64,000 nucleotides of DNA from sequence record SRR22947725_833, one strand, 5' to 3'. The translations under genes were made by a program, and so were the position numbers. Positions within the stretch are counted from its first letter, which is position 1. The number at the start of each line of letters is the position of its first letter. Positions 10,153 to 20,384 of the stretch are shown here, piece after piece. The notes under the pieces are model-generated. The model saw nothing but the letters and a program-made list of their open reading frames with translations, did not search any database and was not told where the DNA came from.

Positions 10153-11628
10153 TTAAAACCTGCACCATCGATTAATTAATAACCTTTGAAAGTATCGCGC
10201 ACTATTCATCCAGGAAGTAGAGCCTCGCGGGTTTTCCTTTTGATGATTTTCTAAATTACGTCTCTTTCTCATATCGGAAACAAATATAGCAAATGCTAAG
10301 TTCCTCCCTTTTGTATTGTCAATATATCCAGCTAAGGCACTAACATAATGTAAAGTTCCTGTTTTCCCAACAATCTTAATATCGTCCCCAAATATTTTCT
10401 GACCTTTCTTTCTTCTATATGGTATTTTTTTTAGTAGCGGCTTAATTAATATTTGCATTCGGCTGTCTCGTAAAATGTTTACCATTGAATTAGCACTGAT
10501 GGTCGATTGATCATTTAAGCCAGAATGATCAACCAAACTCACACCATTCAATGAACACCTTTCTTCTAACCATCGTACCATCCGAAGTGATGATGCATCT
10601 AGACTGCTGATTGGCCTAAAGTTAGAAGATGCCGTGACACCGAGCATCTCAGCAGTTAAATTAGTTGAATGCTTGAGCATACTTTTTGTCATACCTTTAA
10701 GAGTTTCACTTTCGTGAGAAACTAAAATTTTCCCTTTAGGCTTTGAGTAAATGACCGTTGGGGTGGGTAAATCAATACCGGCATCTATAGCTAACTTTTG
10801 GAACACTTGCCCTGCATATAGTGTTGGATTCCTTACCGGCAGCCATCGCCCACCTGTTTGCCCTAACGAGGATCTCGCAACAGTCCAACTTTCATTGTTC
10901 TGTAGTTTTTTATATTCAAAAACTGGTGAAGCTCGGTCAGAAAGTTTAACCTTGATACCATCTATACTTGGCCTTGCCTTTAACCCTCTAGCCTCTAAAG
11001 TGAGAGAGTACCCCGCTTGCTTACGCTTCCATTCTAAAAAAATTCTATTAAAATTTAAATTTAATCCAGATATAGAGGGATTATAACTGAGATGGCTTGG
11101 CTGATCAGGGTCAATACTATTAATTGAAGGCCAGTCACTGCTATAAACCTTAAAATCACCCGTCAAGTTTTTTAAGTTAGAGTCACTCAATAGTTTACAA
11201 AGATCGTACAGAGCATCAGTGTCTAGCGTTGGGTCCCCCCCTCCAACTAAAATAAGATCACCTTCTAAAGTTCCATTATTAATGGGGCCATTTATCATTA
11301 AACGAGTTTGAAAACTAAATTCTGGACCAAGTATATCAAGTGCATAGAAACCGGTTATAGCTTTCATTACGCTCGCTGGAGGGAGAGACCTCAAGGGGTT
11401 AAGGTTTTCCAGCTCTTCACCGGTATCTGTATCACATACAACAAACGTAATATCACTTCCTACTGGCGCAAACTTTAATAACTCCCTGATCTCTCTACCA
11501 GACCGGTTAACAACAAAGTTTGGTCTCAGAATAGGCTTAGGGGTGCCAAGCAACCTATCGGGAAGCCCAATGCTCGCCACAGTCGCCAGTAAAAAAGATA
11601 TTGTATGTCGTCTGGAAACTTTAATCAT
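10153..11628 (-). CDS. dacB: D-Ala-D-Ala carboxypeptidase/endopeptidase (PBP4, peptidase S13)
   Basis: PASVMK (SxxK), STN (SxN), DHSGL, KTGTL. Twin-arginine-like N-terminus SRRH. Confidence 0.92.
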   Translation of the reverse strand: MIKVSRRHTISFLLATVASIGLPDRLLGTPKPILRPNFVVNRSGREIRELLKFAPVGSDITFVVCDTDTGEELENLNPLRSLPPASVMKAITGFYALDILGPEFSFQTRLMINGPINNGTLEGDLILVGGGDPTLDTDALYDLCKLLSDSNLKNLTGDFKVYSSDWPSINSIDPDQPSHLSYNPSISGLNLNFNRIFLEWKRKQAGYSLTLEARGLKARPSIDGIKVKLSDRASPVFEYKKLQNNESWTVARSSLGQTGGRWLPVRNPTLYAGQVFQKLAIDAGIDLPTPTVIYSKPKGKILVSHESETLKGMTKSMLKHSTNLTAEMLGVTASSNFRPISSLDASSLRMVRWLEERCSLNGVSLVDHSGLNDQSTISANSMVNILRDSRMQILIKPLLKKIPYRRKKGQKIFGDDIKIVGKTGTLHYVSALAGYIDNTKGRNLAFAIFVSDMRKRRNLENHQKENPRGSTSWMNSARYFQRLLINRWCRF

Positions 11629-11639
11629 AGAATATTACT

Positions 11640-12251
11640 TTAATTTTTATTAATAAGTGAGTGCTTCACTAATCTTATTTGGGATGAAGAAATATGATTC
11701 AAATGAGTATTAATATAGCACCAGACTGGTGGTTCCATAAGTGCCAAAAGTTTACTGTGTGCCCCAGGTATCTTTTTATTCTTAAAACTCTCTGTCATTT
11801 TATTTTTACGTGTAGCATAATTATTTCCAGGTCGATCCACCACCCCTATAGGCACCTCTCTCATAATCTTTTTCCAATTTTTCCACAAATTAAATGTTGG
11901 TATATTATCAGCCCCCATCAACCAAACAAAGGAAACCCTAGGATATAATCTCTTAAGTTTTAAAATAGTATCTGAAGTATACTGAGTCGAAAGTTGAATT
12001 TCTAAATCTGTTACTACAACTCTTGGGTGACTTAATAAAAGGTTTGCTTCTTTTATACGATCACCCACCAAGTCTGGATTTCTTTCTTTAAGTGGATTTT
12101 TGGGTGAAATTAACCACCATACTCTATCTAATTTGAAACGTTTAAGAGCTTCTTTTGTTATATGAACATGACCTTCATGTGCTGGATCAAAAGAACCACC
12201 CAGTAGGCCAATTCTCTGACCTGGAGTTGCATATGGAAAATTATATCTCAC
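11640..12251 (-). CDS. nadD: Nicotinate-nucleotide adenylyltransferase
   Basis: GLLGGSFDPAHEGH, WLMGADN, ISSSQIR. Confidence 0.95.
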   Translation of the reverse strand: MRYNFPYATPGQRIGLLGGSFDPAHEGHVHITKEALKRFKLDRVWWLISPKNPLKERNPDLVGDRIKEANLLLSHPRVVVTDLEIQLSTQYTSDTILKLKRLYPRVSFVWLMGADNIPTFNLWKNWKKIMREVPIGVVDRPGNNYATRKNKMTESFKNKKIPGAHSKLLALMEPPVWCYINTHLNHISSSQIRLVKHSLINKN

Positions 12252-12334
12252 AAACTCTTTTAACTCAGCTTTCTAAGCATTGCCACCAATCAAAGCCTTC
12301 GTTACATCATATGTTAAAAATATAGGAGAAAAAT

Positions 12335-13990
12335 ATGTCAGCTTATCAATACGTTTATCACATGGACGGAGTGTCTAAAACTTACCCTGGAGGAAAAAAG
12401 TGTTTTGAAAATATACACTTGTCTTTTTTACCAGGCGTAAAAATTGGAGTTGTTGGCGTAAATGGGTCTGGAAAGTCAACACTAATGAAGATTATGGCTG
12501 GCTTAGATAAAGATTTTACAGGTGAAGCTTGGGCAGCAAAAGGTGCACGGGTGGGGTATTTACCCCAAGAACCATTCCTAGATGAAAGTTTGGATGTTCG
12601 CGGAAATGTAATGCTAGGCGTAAAAGATAAAAAAGAGATCTTAGATAAATATAATGAACTTGCTATGAATTATTCTGAAGAAACAGCAGACGAAATGGCG
12701 AAATTACAAGACGAAATTGATACTCAAAACCTATGGGATCTAGATTCACAAATAGATATTGCCTTGGAGGCACTAAGGTGCCCCGCCGATGATGCCAAAG
12801 TAGAAACTTTATCCGGGGGAGAGAAAAGGCGAGTGGCTTTATGCAAACTCTTACTTGAAGAGCCAGAAATGTTGCTACTCGATGAGCCCACCAATCACTT
12901 AGATGCTGAAACTATTTCTTGGCTACAAAAACATCTTATTGATTACAAAGGTACTTGTTTAATAGTTACTCACGATCGTTATTTTTTAGATGACATTACA
13001 AGTTGGATACTTGAACTAGATCGGGGCCGTGGAATACCCTGTGAGGGAAATTACTCAGCTTGGCTTGAACAAAAAGCAAAGCGACTTGAGCACGAAGCTA
13101 AAGGTGATAAAACAAAACAAAAAACACTAGAGCGAGAACTAGAGTGGATCAGAGCAGGAGCAAAAGCTCGACAAGCAAAACAAAAAGCACGAATAAATGC
13201 TTATGAGGAGATGGCAAACCAATCTGAAAGAGAGAAACTAGGGCGTGCTCAAATAATTATTCCAAATGGGGCTCGTTTAGGCTCAAAAGTAATTGAGGTA
13301 GAAAATATGTCCAAGGCATATGGAGAAAAGCTGTTAATTGAAAACCTAAGTTTTTCATTACCACCTGGAGGGATTGTCGGCGTCATAGGTCCCAATGGAG
13401 CTGGTAAGTCTACTTTATTTAGAATGTTAACTTCTCAAGAGACACCAGACTCTGGAGACTTAAGTTACGGCGATACAGTTGATCTCTCTTATGTAGATCA
13501 ATCTAGAGACTCTTTAAAAGCTGAGAAAACAGTCTGGGAAGAGATTTCTGGGGGCTCAGAAATTATTGAGCTTGGCGACGCGCAGATGAATTCTAGAGGA
13601 TATTGTTCCTCTTTTAACTTTAAGGGTGGCGACCAACAAAAGAAAGTGGGGCTTCTCTCAGGTGGAGAGAGAAATCGAGTTCATATGGCCAAACTACTAA
13701 GAGCTGGCGGCAATGTACTTCTACTCGACGAACCAACCAATGACTTAGATGTTGAGACCCTACGCGCATTAGAAGATGCTCTTGAGAATTTTGCTGGTTG
13801 CGCAGTCATAATAAGCCATGACAGGTTTTTCTTAGATCGTTTATGTACTCATATATTGGCCTTTGAAGGCGATGCACATGTTGAGTGGTTCGAAGGAAAT
13901 TTTGAGTCATACGAAGAAGACAAAATAAGACGGTTAGGACCAGATTCAATAGAACCAAAAAGAATAAAATATAAGAAATTTACTCGTTAA
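12335..13990 (+). CDS. ettA: Energy-dependent translational throttle ABC-F protein
   Basis: Two ABC cassettes, no transmembrane helices, ELEWIR..KARQAK linker. Confidence 0.95.
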   Translation: MSAYQYVYHMDGVSKTYPGGKKCFENIHLSFLPGVKIGVVGVNGSGKSTLMKIMAGLDKDFTGEAWAAKGARVGYLPQEPFLDESLDVRGNVMLGVKDKKEILDKYNELAMNYSEETADEMAKLQDEIDTQNLWDLDSQIDIALEALRCPADDAKVETLSGGEKRRVALCKLLLEEPEMLLLDEPTNHLDAETISWLQKHLIDYKGTCLIVTHDRYFLDDITSWILELDRGRGIPCEGNYSAWLEQKAKRLEHEAKGDKTKQKTLERELEWIRAGAKARQAKQKARINAYEEMANQSEREKLGRAQIIIPNGARLGSKVIEVENMSKAYGEKLLIENLSFSLPPGGIVGVIGPNGAGKSTLFRMLTSQETPDSGDLSYGDTVDLSYVDQSRDSLKAEKTVWEEISGGSEIIELGDAQMNSRGYCSSFNFKGGDQQKKVGLLSGGERNRVHMAKLLRAGGNVLLLDEPTNDLDVETLRALEDALENFAGCAVIISHDRFFLDRLCTHILAFEGDAHVEWFEGNFESYEEDKIRRLGPDSIEPKRIKYKKFTR

Positions 13991-14267
13991 TTAAGTAAAT
14001 ATGGCATTTAGAATAAAGCTTTACTCCGTCCTCTTCTTTTTCAAGGTGTACATATTTCTTTAACTCGATTGCAAATACTTAAAACTGTTTTGCCAGTTTT
14101 AGTATCTGATATTCTTACAAACTTTAACTTTAAGGTTTACTTGAAATAAAACAACTGGGTTCCAGCTCCCTACCTTAGCCCAGCACAAAATCTATTCATT
14201 AACCGTTAAATACTAATGCAGAATCACGTGTTATATTAATCAATTATTTAATAAATTTGAGTTAATA

Positions 14268-15104
14268 TTAAACCTTCTTTTTGTCATCTATAATTTTTAA
14301 ATGAGCCATACCACTTTCTCCCATAGGTGTACTTGCAAAAGGTCCCCCATGACACATCTGAGCTAAATCCTGTGGATCAGCAAGCGGTGCATTGGCAAGA
14401 ACTTCACTAGCAAAAACTTCCGCATTATCTTTAGGCCGATAACCTAAATAAGTTGCAGCTGAATTATCTACAACCGCTCGATCATTATTGGATATGCCAT
14501 AAGAAATTGTAAAACCTACTGTAGGAGTATCGATTGCTCGAGTTACTAATTGAATCAAGTCATCGTAGGATAACCAAGTGCTAAGAGAGCGCGGACTCAC
14601 AACGGCGGCTGCTGAATAAATTCGTAAACATACTGATTCTACACCTGATTTTTCCCAGTACATTCTGCCTAGATCTTCTGTAAAACACTTTGCAAGACCA
14701 TAAAATCCATCCGGTCGATGTGGTACATCAACTCCAATAAATTGATTCTTTGGGTACATCCCAACTGCATGAATCGAAGAGGCATACACTACTCTCTTCA
14801 CACCAAATTTTCTTGCTGATTCCCACACATTATAAGATCCAACAAAGTTTGGCCCCCAAAGTTCTTCAAATGGCCCCTCGTCAACAATAGCGCCAAAATG
14901 TATAACCATATCCGCACCTTCTATTAAAGGTCCTATTTCTGACATCTGTGCAAGATCTGCTTTCACAAAACTTTCATTTTCATAAAGTGAACCTATATCC
15001 TCTGAAATATCTGTACTCAAAAGAGTAGCCGCCATCTTCGATAATGGTTCTCTTAAATACGATCCCAGTCGGCCAGCAGCGCCAGTTAAAACAATCTTTT
15101 TCAT
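14268..15104 (-). CDS. NAD-dependent epimerase/dehydratase family protein, uronate-dehydrogenase-like
   Basis: TGAAGRLG, YASSIHAVG, RPDGFYGLAK (YxxxK), STWLSYDD, LGYRPKDNAE. Confidence 0.8.
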   Translation of the reverse strand: MKKIVLTGAAGRLGSYLREPLSKMAATLLSTDISEDIGSLYENESFVKADLAQMSEIGPLIEGADMVIHFGAIVDEGPFEELWGPNFVGSYNVWESARKFGVKRVVYASSIHAVGMYPKNQFIGVDVPHRPDGFYGLAKCFTEDLGRMYWEKSGVESVCLRIYSAAAVVSPRSLSTWLSYDDLIQLVTRAIDTPTVGFTISYGISNNDRAVVDNSAATYLGYRPKDNAEVFASEVLANAPLADPQDLAQMCHGGPFASTPMGESGMAHLKIIDDKKKV

Positions 15105-16297
15105 ATTATTGCCCTTTCAATAAATGGTTTATTTTCAATAACTCTGTTAAAGTGAAGTGGAGTAAGGTCCAAGCCCCTATATTCTCCATAAATAATTAAG
15201 TCAGCAATACCTCTACCAACTGCTGGACTTTGCTGAAGACCATGTCCAGAAAATCCGTTAGCGAATATAAAATTTGAAACCTTAGGGTGGGGGCCTAAGA
15301 TAGCATTTTGATCGAAAAGGTTATACGAATAATGACCTACCCAAGAATTTATGACCTTTAAAGAGTCAAATTGCGGTATTCTATGAAACAAAGCAGGCCA
15401 AATTTTATTTTCCCAAATGTCATGATCTAATTCAAAATCATCACAATCTACCGCATAATCGTCATCTGGCGGACAGCCTGCAACATAATATTTCCCATCA
15501 CTGCGAACATGAACGCCAGATGGGTCAATCGTTAAGGGTAGAGGTTGATCAAGTGGATTTTCTGCATCAAAAACAAAGCTATAACGTCTTCGCGCCTCTA
15601 CTGGTAAGACAACTCCTATCATTTGAGAAATATTAGCAGCTCTAGTTCCACTGGCATTAACCAAAACTCCACATTCAATTGTTTTGCCAGACAATAAATG
15701 TACTCTTTTTGCCAAACTGCACTGCTCATCGGTATCTATATCTATGACTTCGTCATTAATTACCGTAACACCTAACTCTTTGTTCTTTTTTTGCCACCAA
15801 TTAAAGATTGTTGCACCATCAAAGTAACCTTCATTAAGTGTATTATGACTTCCACAAACAACATCACTAACATTATAGAATGGATAGTCAGACTTTATTT
15901 CGTCTGGTGACATTATCCTTGTTCCAGCACCTAAGCCCACTTGCATGGCTTGATCTTGCATAAAAACTTTTTCAGAAGTTTTTGAGCTTGAAAGATACAA
16001 ATAACCAAAATCCTGTAGTAGTATATTTGGAGCAGCATCATCTTGGATAAATTTCTTAAAATCTCTTATAAATTCGGCACCATACTGTGAAATTTTTACA
16101 TTTAGTTCATTTGAGTATTGCTGCCTTATACAACTATTACTTCTTGAAGTTGACGCAAATTCAAATGTTAAGTCTTTCTCAATTATGCAGATCGTACCGT
16201 TAAAATCCTCATTTGCACTTAAAAACCAGGCGATCGCAGAGCCAATCATAGCTCCACCAATTATTACAACATCATATTTTTCGCTATCATAAGCCAT
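15101..16297 (-). CDS. FAD-dependent oxidoreductase (DAO/sarcosine oxidase family, FOXRED1-like)
   Basis: DVVIIGGAMIG Rossmann motif, STSRS..CIRQQ, NGFSGHGLQQSPAVG. Likely ATG at 16297, overlapping the end of the upstream gene. Confidence 0.85.
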   Translation of the reverse strand: MAYDSEKYDVVIIGGAMIGSAIAWFLSANEDFNGTICIIEKDLTFEFASTSRSNSCIRQQYSNELNVKISQYGAEFIRDFKKFIQDDAAPNILLQDFGYLYLSSSKTSEKVFMQDQAMQVGLGAGTRIMSPDEIKSDYPFYNVSDVVCGSHNTLNEGYFDGATIFNWWQKKNKELGVTVINDEVIDIDTDEQCSLAKRVHLLSGKTIECGVLVNASGTRAANISQMIGVVLPVEARRRYSFVFDAENPLDQPLPLTIDPSGVHVRSDGKYYVAGCPPDDDYAVDCDDFELDHDIWENKIWPALFHRIPQFDSLKVINSWVGHYSYNLFDQNAILGPHPKVSNFIFANGFSGHGLQQSPAVGRGIADLIIYGEYRGLDLTPLHFNRVIENKPFIERAII

Positions 16298-17996
16298 TAG
16301 ATTGTTGACCCAAGCGTATGGCATCCTCAATTAAAGTAATCTCTTCTAAAGTTAAATCATAATATCGTTTTGAGTTTTCAACACTTACATAACCTAAAAC
16401 GACATCTCTGATAATTGCCTGTCGATCTCTATCCAATGGGTAACCATAACCAGCACCACCCGGAAGAGACATTTGCACCCTTCTACCCTCTTCAACTAAT
16501 TGAATACCCTTCCCACGCATTTTAGTACCATCGTCCTTACAAACAACTGTGGCTCCACCAGGCTTTCCACCTTTTCGACCTTGAGCAGGGTGAAAAACAC
16601 GATCAAACATAAGGGAAACATCAAACTCATAGCCGTCGTACGACCCAATCTCTATAAACTGACCTAGGCCACCCCTAAATTTCCCAGCACCCCCACTGTC
16701 AGGCCTAAGTTCTTTTCTCCATATTATTACTGGCCCAGTATGCTCTGTTGCTTCTATTGGCATTGTCATAACCCCAGAAGGGAAAGCCGTCGCGTTCATG
16801 CCATCTAGTTGGGGTCTTGCACCAGAGCCACCTGAATTAAACATCAGGACCTCTGCTCGTTTTCTCTTAATCGATACAGTGTCATTTTGAATTGGGCGCA
16901 ATGAAACCTGAAAGTTACAAAGCGAACCCGCACCCTCAGAGGGAACAGTATCAGGTAATATCTTATCAAGCGCTGAATAAACAGTATCTGGAATTAAATG
17001 ACCTATGACATGGCGTAGAGCTACAGGAGCTGGATGTTTAGCGTTCAGTATAGAGCCTTCTGGTGCAGAAATTTTAAACGGCGCCAGTGAAGCGGCATTA
17101 TTAGGAATTTCTGGCGCAATAGCACATTTTAATGCATAACAAGCATAGGCTTTTGTATAGACTAGTGGAACATTAATTCCCTTCTTATCTACTCCAGAAG
17201 TTCCGTCGAAATCACATAATATCTTATCTTTTACAACAGAAAGCTTAACCTTTAAATCAATGTAGTTTTGATAACCGTCAATCTGCATAAACCCATTCTC
17301 AATCTTTCGAGGCAGAGTATTTATCTTCTCTAAAGTTGCAGACTTTGAGTTTTCGAAAATAAAATCACTAACTCCCTCTAGCTCAGAAAGTTCAAATTCA
17401 TCCATCATTTCAATCAGGCGACGATGTCCAATTTCATTACAAGTTCCTAATGCAAAAATATCTCCCACTACCTGATCAGGTTCTCTTACATTACCTCTCA
17501 CAATTGCTATTAAAGTCTGATTAACCTCCCCCTTATCTACAAATTTCATAATAGGAAGATATAGACCTTCCTCATAAACTGAGTTTGCATCTGCCCCAAA
17601 CCCTCGACCACCAATATCCACAATATGAGCTGTACAAGCAAAAAAACCGACTAAATGGCCCTCAAAAAAAGATGGCGTTACAACCGTGATATCATGTAGG
17701 TGCCCTGTTCCCTCCCAAGGATCATTAGTTATATATATATCTCCCTCAAACATATTAACTGCTTGAATGCGGCGTATAAAATGTGCGACGGAGTCCGCCA
17801 TAGCATTCACATGACCAGGAGTTCCCGTAACAGCCTGAGCTATCATTTCTCCTTTACGGTTATAGACACCCGCAGACAGGTCTCCTGCTTCCCTAACAGA
17901 CGTAGAAAAAGCCGTTCTAACTAAAGCCTGAGCTTGCTCTTCAACTATAGAAATCAGACGATTCCACATTACTTGAAAAGAGACCTTTGATGTCAT
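16287..17996 (-). CDS. Hydantoinase B / oxoprolinase family subunit
   Basis: RTAFSTSVREAGD, TNDPW.GTGHLHD, HIVDIGG, DSGGAGKFRGG, PGGAGYG. Confidence 0.9.
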   Translation of the reverse strand: MTSKVSFQVMWNRLISIVEEQAQALVRTAFSTSVREAGDLSAGVYNRKGEMIAQAVTGTPGHVNAMADSVAHFIRRIQAVNMFEGDIYITNDPWEGTGHLHDITVVTPSFFEGHLVGFFACTAHIVDIGGRGFGADANSVYEEGLYLPIMKFVDKGEVNQTLIAIVRGNVREPDQVVGDIFALGTCNEIGHRRLIEMMDEFELSELEGVSDFIFENSKSATLEKINTLPRKIENGFMQIDGYQNYIDLKVKLSVVKDKILCDFDGTSGVDKKGINVPLVYTKAYACYALKCAIAPEIPNNAASLAPFKISAPEGSILNAKHPAPVALRHVIGHLIPDTVYSALDKILPDTVPSEGAGSLCNFQVSLRPIQNDTVSIKRKRAEVLMFNSGGSGARPQLDGMNATAFPSGVMTMPIEATEHTGPVIIWRKELRPDSGGAGKFRGGLGQFIEIGSYDGYEFDVSLMFDRVFHPAQGRKGGKPGGATVVCKDDGTKMRGKGIQLVEEGRRVQMSLPGGAGYGYPLDRDRQAIIRDVVLGYVSVENSKRYYDLTLEEITLIEDAIRLGQQSNGL

Positions 17997-20080
17997 TGAC
18001 CCACCCTCTTAACAACTATGCTACCATCTTCCCTTCCTTCTGATATAAAATTTGTTGGAATTATAATTGTTGTTTCATCCTCAACCAACACAGCTGGCCC
18101 AGTAAAATAATTAGAGCTATTCATCACTTTTCGGTCAGCTATTTTTGCCTCGGTAAATTTTCCTAAGGCTGGATCAAATACATCACGAAAGCTGGTACTT
18201 TCCAGCTCAGTTTTTGATTTATTGGAAACAAAAGTAGAATCAGGATAATCTAAAACTGTATTCGTCACAGCATTTACTGACCAAACAGTAATCTCAACAT
18301 CTAACCCTTGCACTAAGCGACCAAATAAAGATTTGTATTGTAGTTCGAATGCTTCTTGAAACTTATTTTTGGTAGGGGCAACCATTTGAATGTTATCAAT
18401 AATCACAGGTATCTCCCAACCCTGCCCAGAATATCGCATATAAGCTTTCGCCTCGATGACTATTTTTTCTTCAGTGCCGCATTTTTTTACGAAGCTTGTA
18501 GATTCATTGGTTAACTCTCCTAAAATCTTTAAAACAATTTCTTGATCAAACTTCCCTAGTGGCATAAAAACACTTTTGGTTGCTTCAAAGCTAAATGGAG
18601 CACGTAAGAAACCGATAGCTGAACCCACACCCGCTCCCGGAGGAACAATAAACTTTTTGATGCCTAACTTTTGACACAATCTAGCGGCATGTAAGGGAGC
18701 AGCACCACCAAAAGCAATCATTGTGAATTCTGCTAAATCCTCACCATTTTCTACAGCATGCATTCTTGCAGCGTTTGCCATATTTTCGTCTACAACCTCG
18801 GAAACACCGAACGCACTTTCAATGGGCTCCATAGAAAGTGCTTCTCCAATTTCCTTTCTCAATGCAACTTTTGATTTTTCTACGTTAAGAGTTATGGACC
18901 CTCCAGCAAAATTATCACCATCCAAACGACCTAGTAATAAATCAGCATCCGTAACAGCCGGTCGATTTCCACCAAGATCATAGCAAGCGGGGCCTGGTTT
19001 CGAGCCCGCACTTTCTGGTCCAACTCGGATTTGATTCATCGAGTCGATATTTGCTAATGACCCACCACCTGCCCCAATCTCAACCATGTCAATTACAGGT
19101 ATCGAAATTGGCATACCTGATCCTTTTTTAAATCGATACGTCCTGGCTACTTCAAATACCCTAGCAGTCTTTGGCGATTTATCCTTAATCAAACAAATTT
19201 TTGCCGTGGTTCCCCCCATATCAAAAGAAAGAACCTTATCAAGGCCATGTTTTTCAGCAATTTTTGCTGCAAAAATCGCTCCACCAGCTGGCCCACTTTC
19301 AATTAGGCGGACTGGAAATTCAGTAGCACTATCAAGGGAAATAATCCCTCCCCCAGAATGCATCAAAAATACTGGACAATTAATTTCTTGTTCTAACAAC
19401 CGGCTTGTCAAACGATCTAAATAGCTCTTCATCATAGGCTTCACGAAAGCATTAGCACAAACAGTATTGAAACGTTCATACTCTCGCATTTGTGGTGACA
19501 CCGCCGATGATAACGACACACTTACATGCGGAAGTCTCTCTTTTAAAGATTTCTCTAACATACGCTCGTGGCTTGGGTTTAAGTAAGAGTGGATAAAGCC
19601 AACTGCTACACTTTCAAAATTTGCCACTTGAATTACATCAATCAATTGATCAACGTCTTCTTGCCTTAATTCTTTTAGAATACTTCCTTTTGAATCAACT
19701 CTCTCGTTTAATGTATATCGACAGTTTCTGGGAACTAATGGTGTCGGTAAAACTAAGTTTAAATCATATTGTTCAAAACGACTTTCCGTACGCATTTCGA
19801 TTACATCTCGAAAACCCTCTGTCGTAATCAAAGCTATTTTAGCTCCACGCCTTTCAATCAAAGAGTTCGTAGCTAAAGTAGTACCATGGATTATCTGCTC
19901 TATCTCACTAGGAAGTATACCAGACTTCTGACAAACGCCTTTGACACCCTCTATTATAGCATCTTCTGGAATGTCAAAAGTAGTTAACACTTTATTAGAG
20001 TATAGTTTTCCTTGATGCTCTAAAACAACGTCGGTAAACGTGCCGCCTATGTCTACGCCTAATCTAGATCTTTTTTTCAT
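17993..20080 (-). CDS. Hydantoinase A / oxoprolinase ATP-binding subunit
   Basis: GVDIGGTFTD, HGTTLATN, ESGPAGG, DMGGTT, GAGGGS, AFGGAAPLH. Confidence 0.92.
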   Translation of the reverse strand: MKKRSRLGVDIGGTFTDVVLEHQGKLYSNKVLTTFDIPEDAIIEGVKGVCQKSGILPSEIEQIIHGTTLATNSLIERRGAKIALITTEGFRDVIEMRTESRFEQYDLNLVLPTPLVPRNCRYTLNERVDSKGSILKELRQEDVDQLIDVIQVANFESVAVGFIHSYLNPSHERMLEKSLKERLPHVSVSLSSAVSPQMREYERFNTVCANAFVKPMMKSYLDRLTSRLLEQEINCPVFLMHSGGGIISLDSATEFPVRLIESGPAGGAIFAAKIAEKHGLDKVLSFDMGGTTAKICLIKDKSPKTARVFEVARTYRFKKGSGMPISIPVIDMVEIGAGGGSLANIDSMNQIRVGPESAGSKPGPACYDLGGNRPAVTDADLLLGRLDGDNFAGGSITLNVEKSKVALRKEIGEALSMEPIESAFGVSEVVDENMANAARMHAVENGEDLAEFTMIAFGGAAPLHAARLCQKLGIKKFIVPPGAGVGSAIGFLRAPFSFEATKSVFMPLGKFDQEIVLKILGELTNESTSFVKKCGTEEKIVIEAKAYMRYSGQGWEIPVIIDNIQMVAPTKNKFQEAFELQYKSLFGRLVQGLDVEITVWSVNAVTNTVLDYPDSTFVSNKSKTELESTSFRDVFDPALGKFTEAKIADRKVMNSSNYFTGPAVLVEDETTIIIPTNFISEGREDGSIVVKRVGQ

Positions 20081-20268
20081 AATGAGAACTCTTAATGAGA
20101 AATTTTAATAAGTAAATACTTCGTATTGATAGTTAACATTTGCTTTTATTATCGGGACTAAATTTCTTAAGATACTGACACCTTTTGTTAAAACAACAAT
20201 TCTAACTTAACACAAAACAACTTACACCCCTTAATTACACTTCCTAAATTTTTTGCATGTAAACTGAT

Positions 20269-20301
20269 GAGTCATGACTCGCGTAGACTAAAAAGTCATG
20301 A
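20269..20301. promoter_or_regulatory. Candidate operator: perfect 12-bp palindrome GAGTCATGACTC plus a second AGTCATGA copy
   Basis: Palindrome at 20269-20280. AGTCATGA occurs at 20270 and again at 20294. Lies in the divergent promoter region between hydantoinase A and tauA. Confidence 0.4.
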
Positions 20302-20384
20302 TATGAGACTCTTCTATAAAAAATGATTCTAATTTTTATAAAATTTTTTTGAATCATAATATTAAACAAAACCAAGGGGGGAAT

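Noticed and set aside
13991-14267. 277-bp gap between convergent ettA and the SDR gene: possible pseudogene or sRNA (short CTGGG...CCCAG stem, imperfect AT hairpin)
   Set aside because: Only short broken frames and weak stems, as expected by chance in AT-rich DNA.
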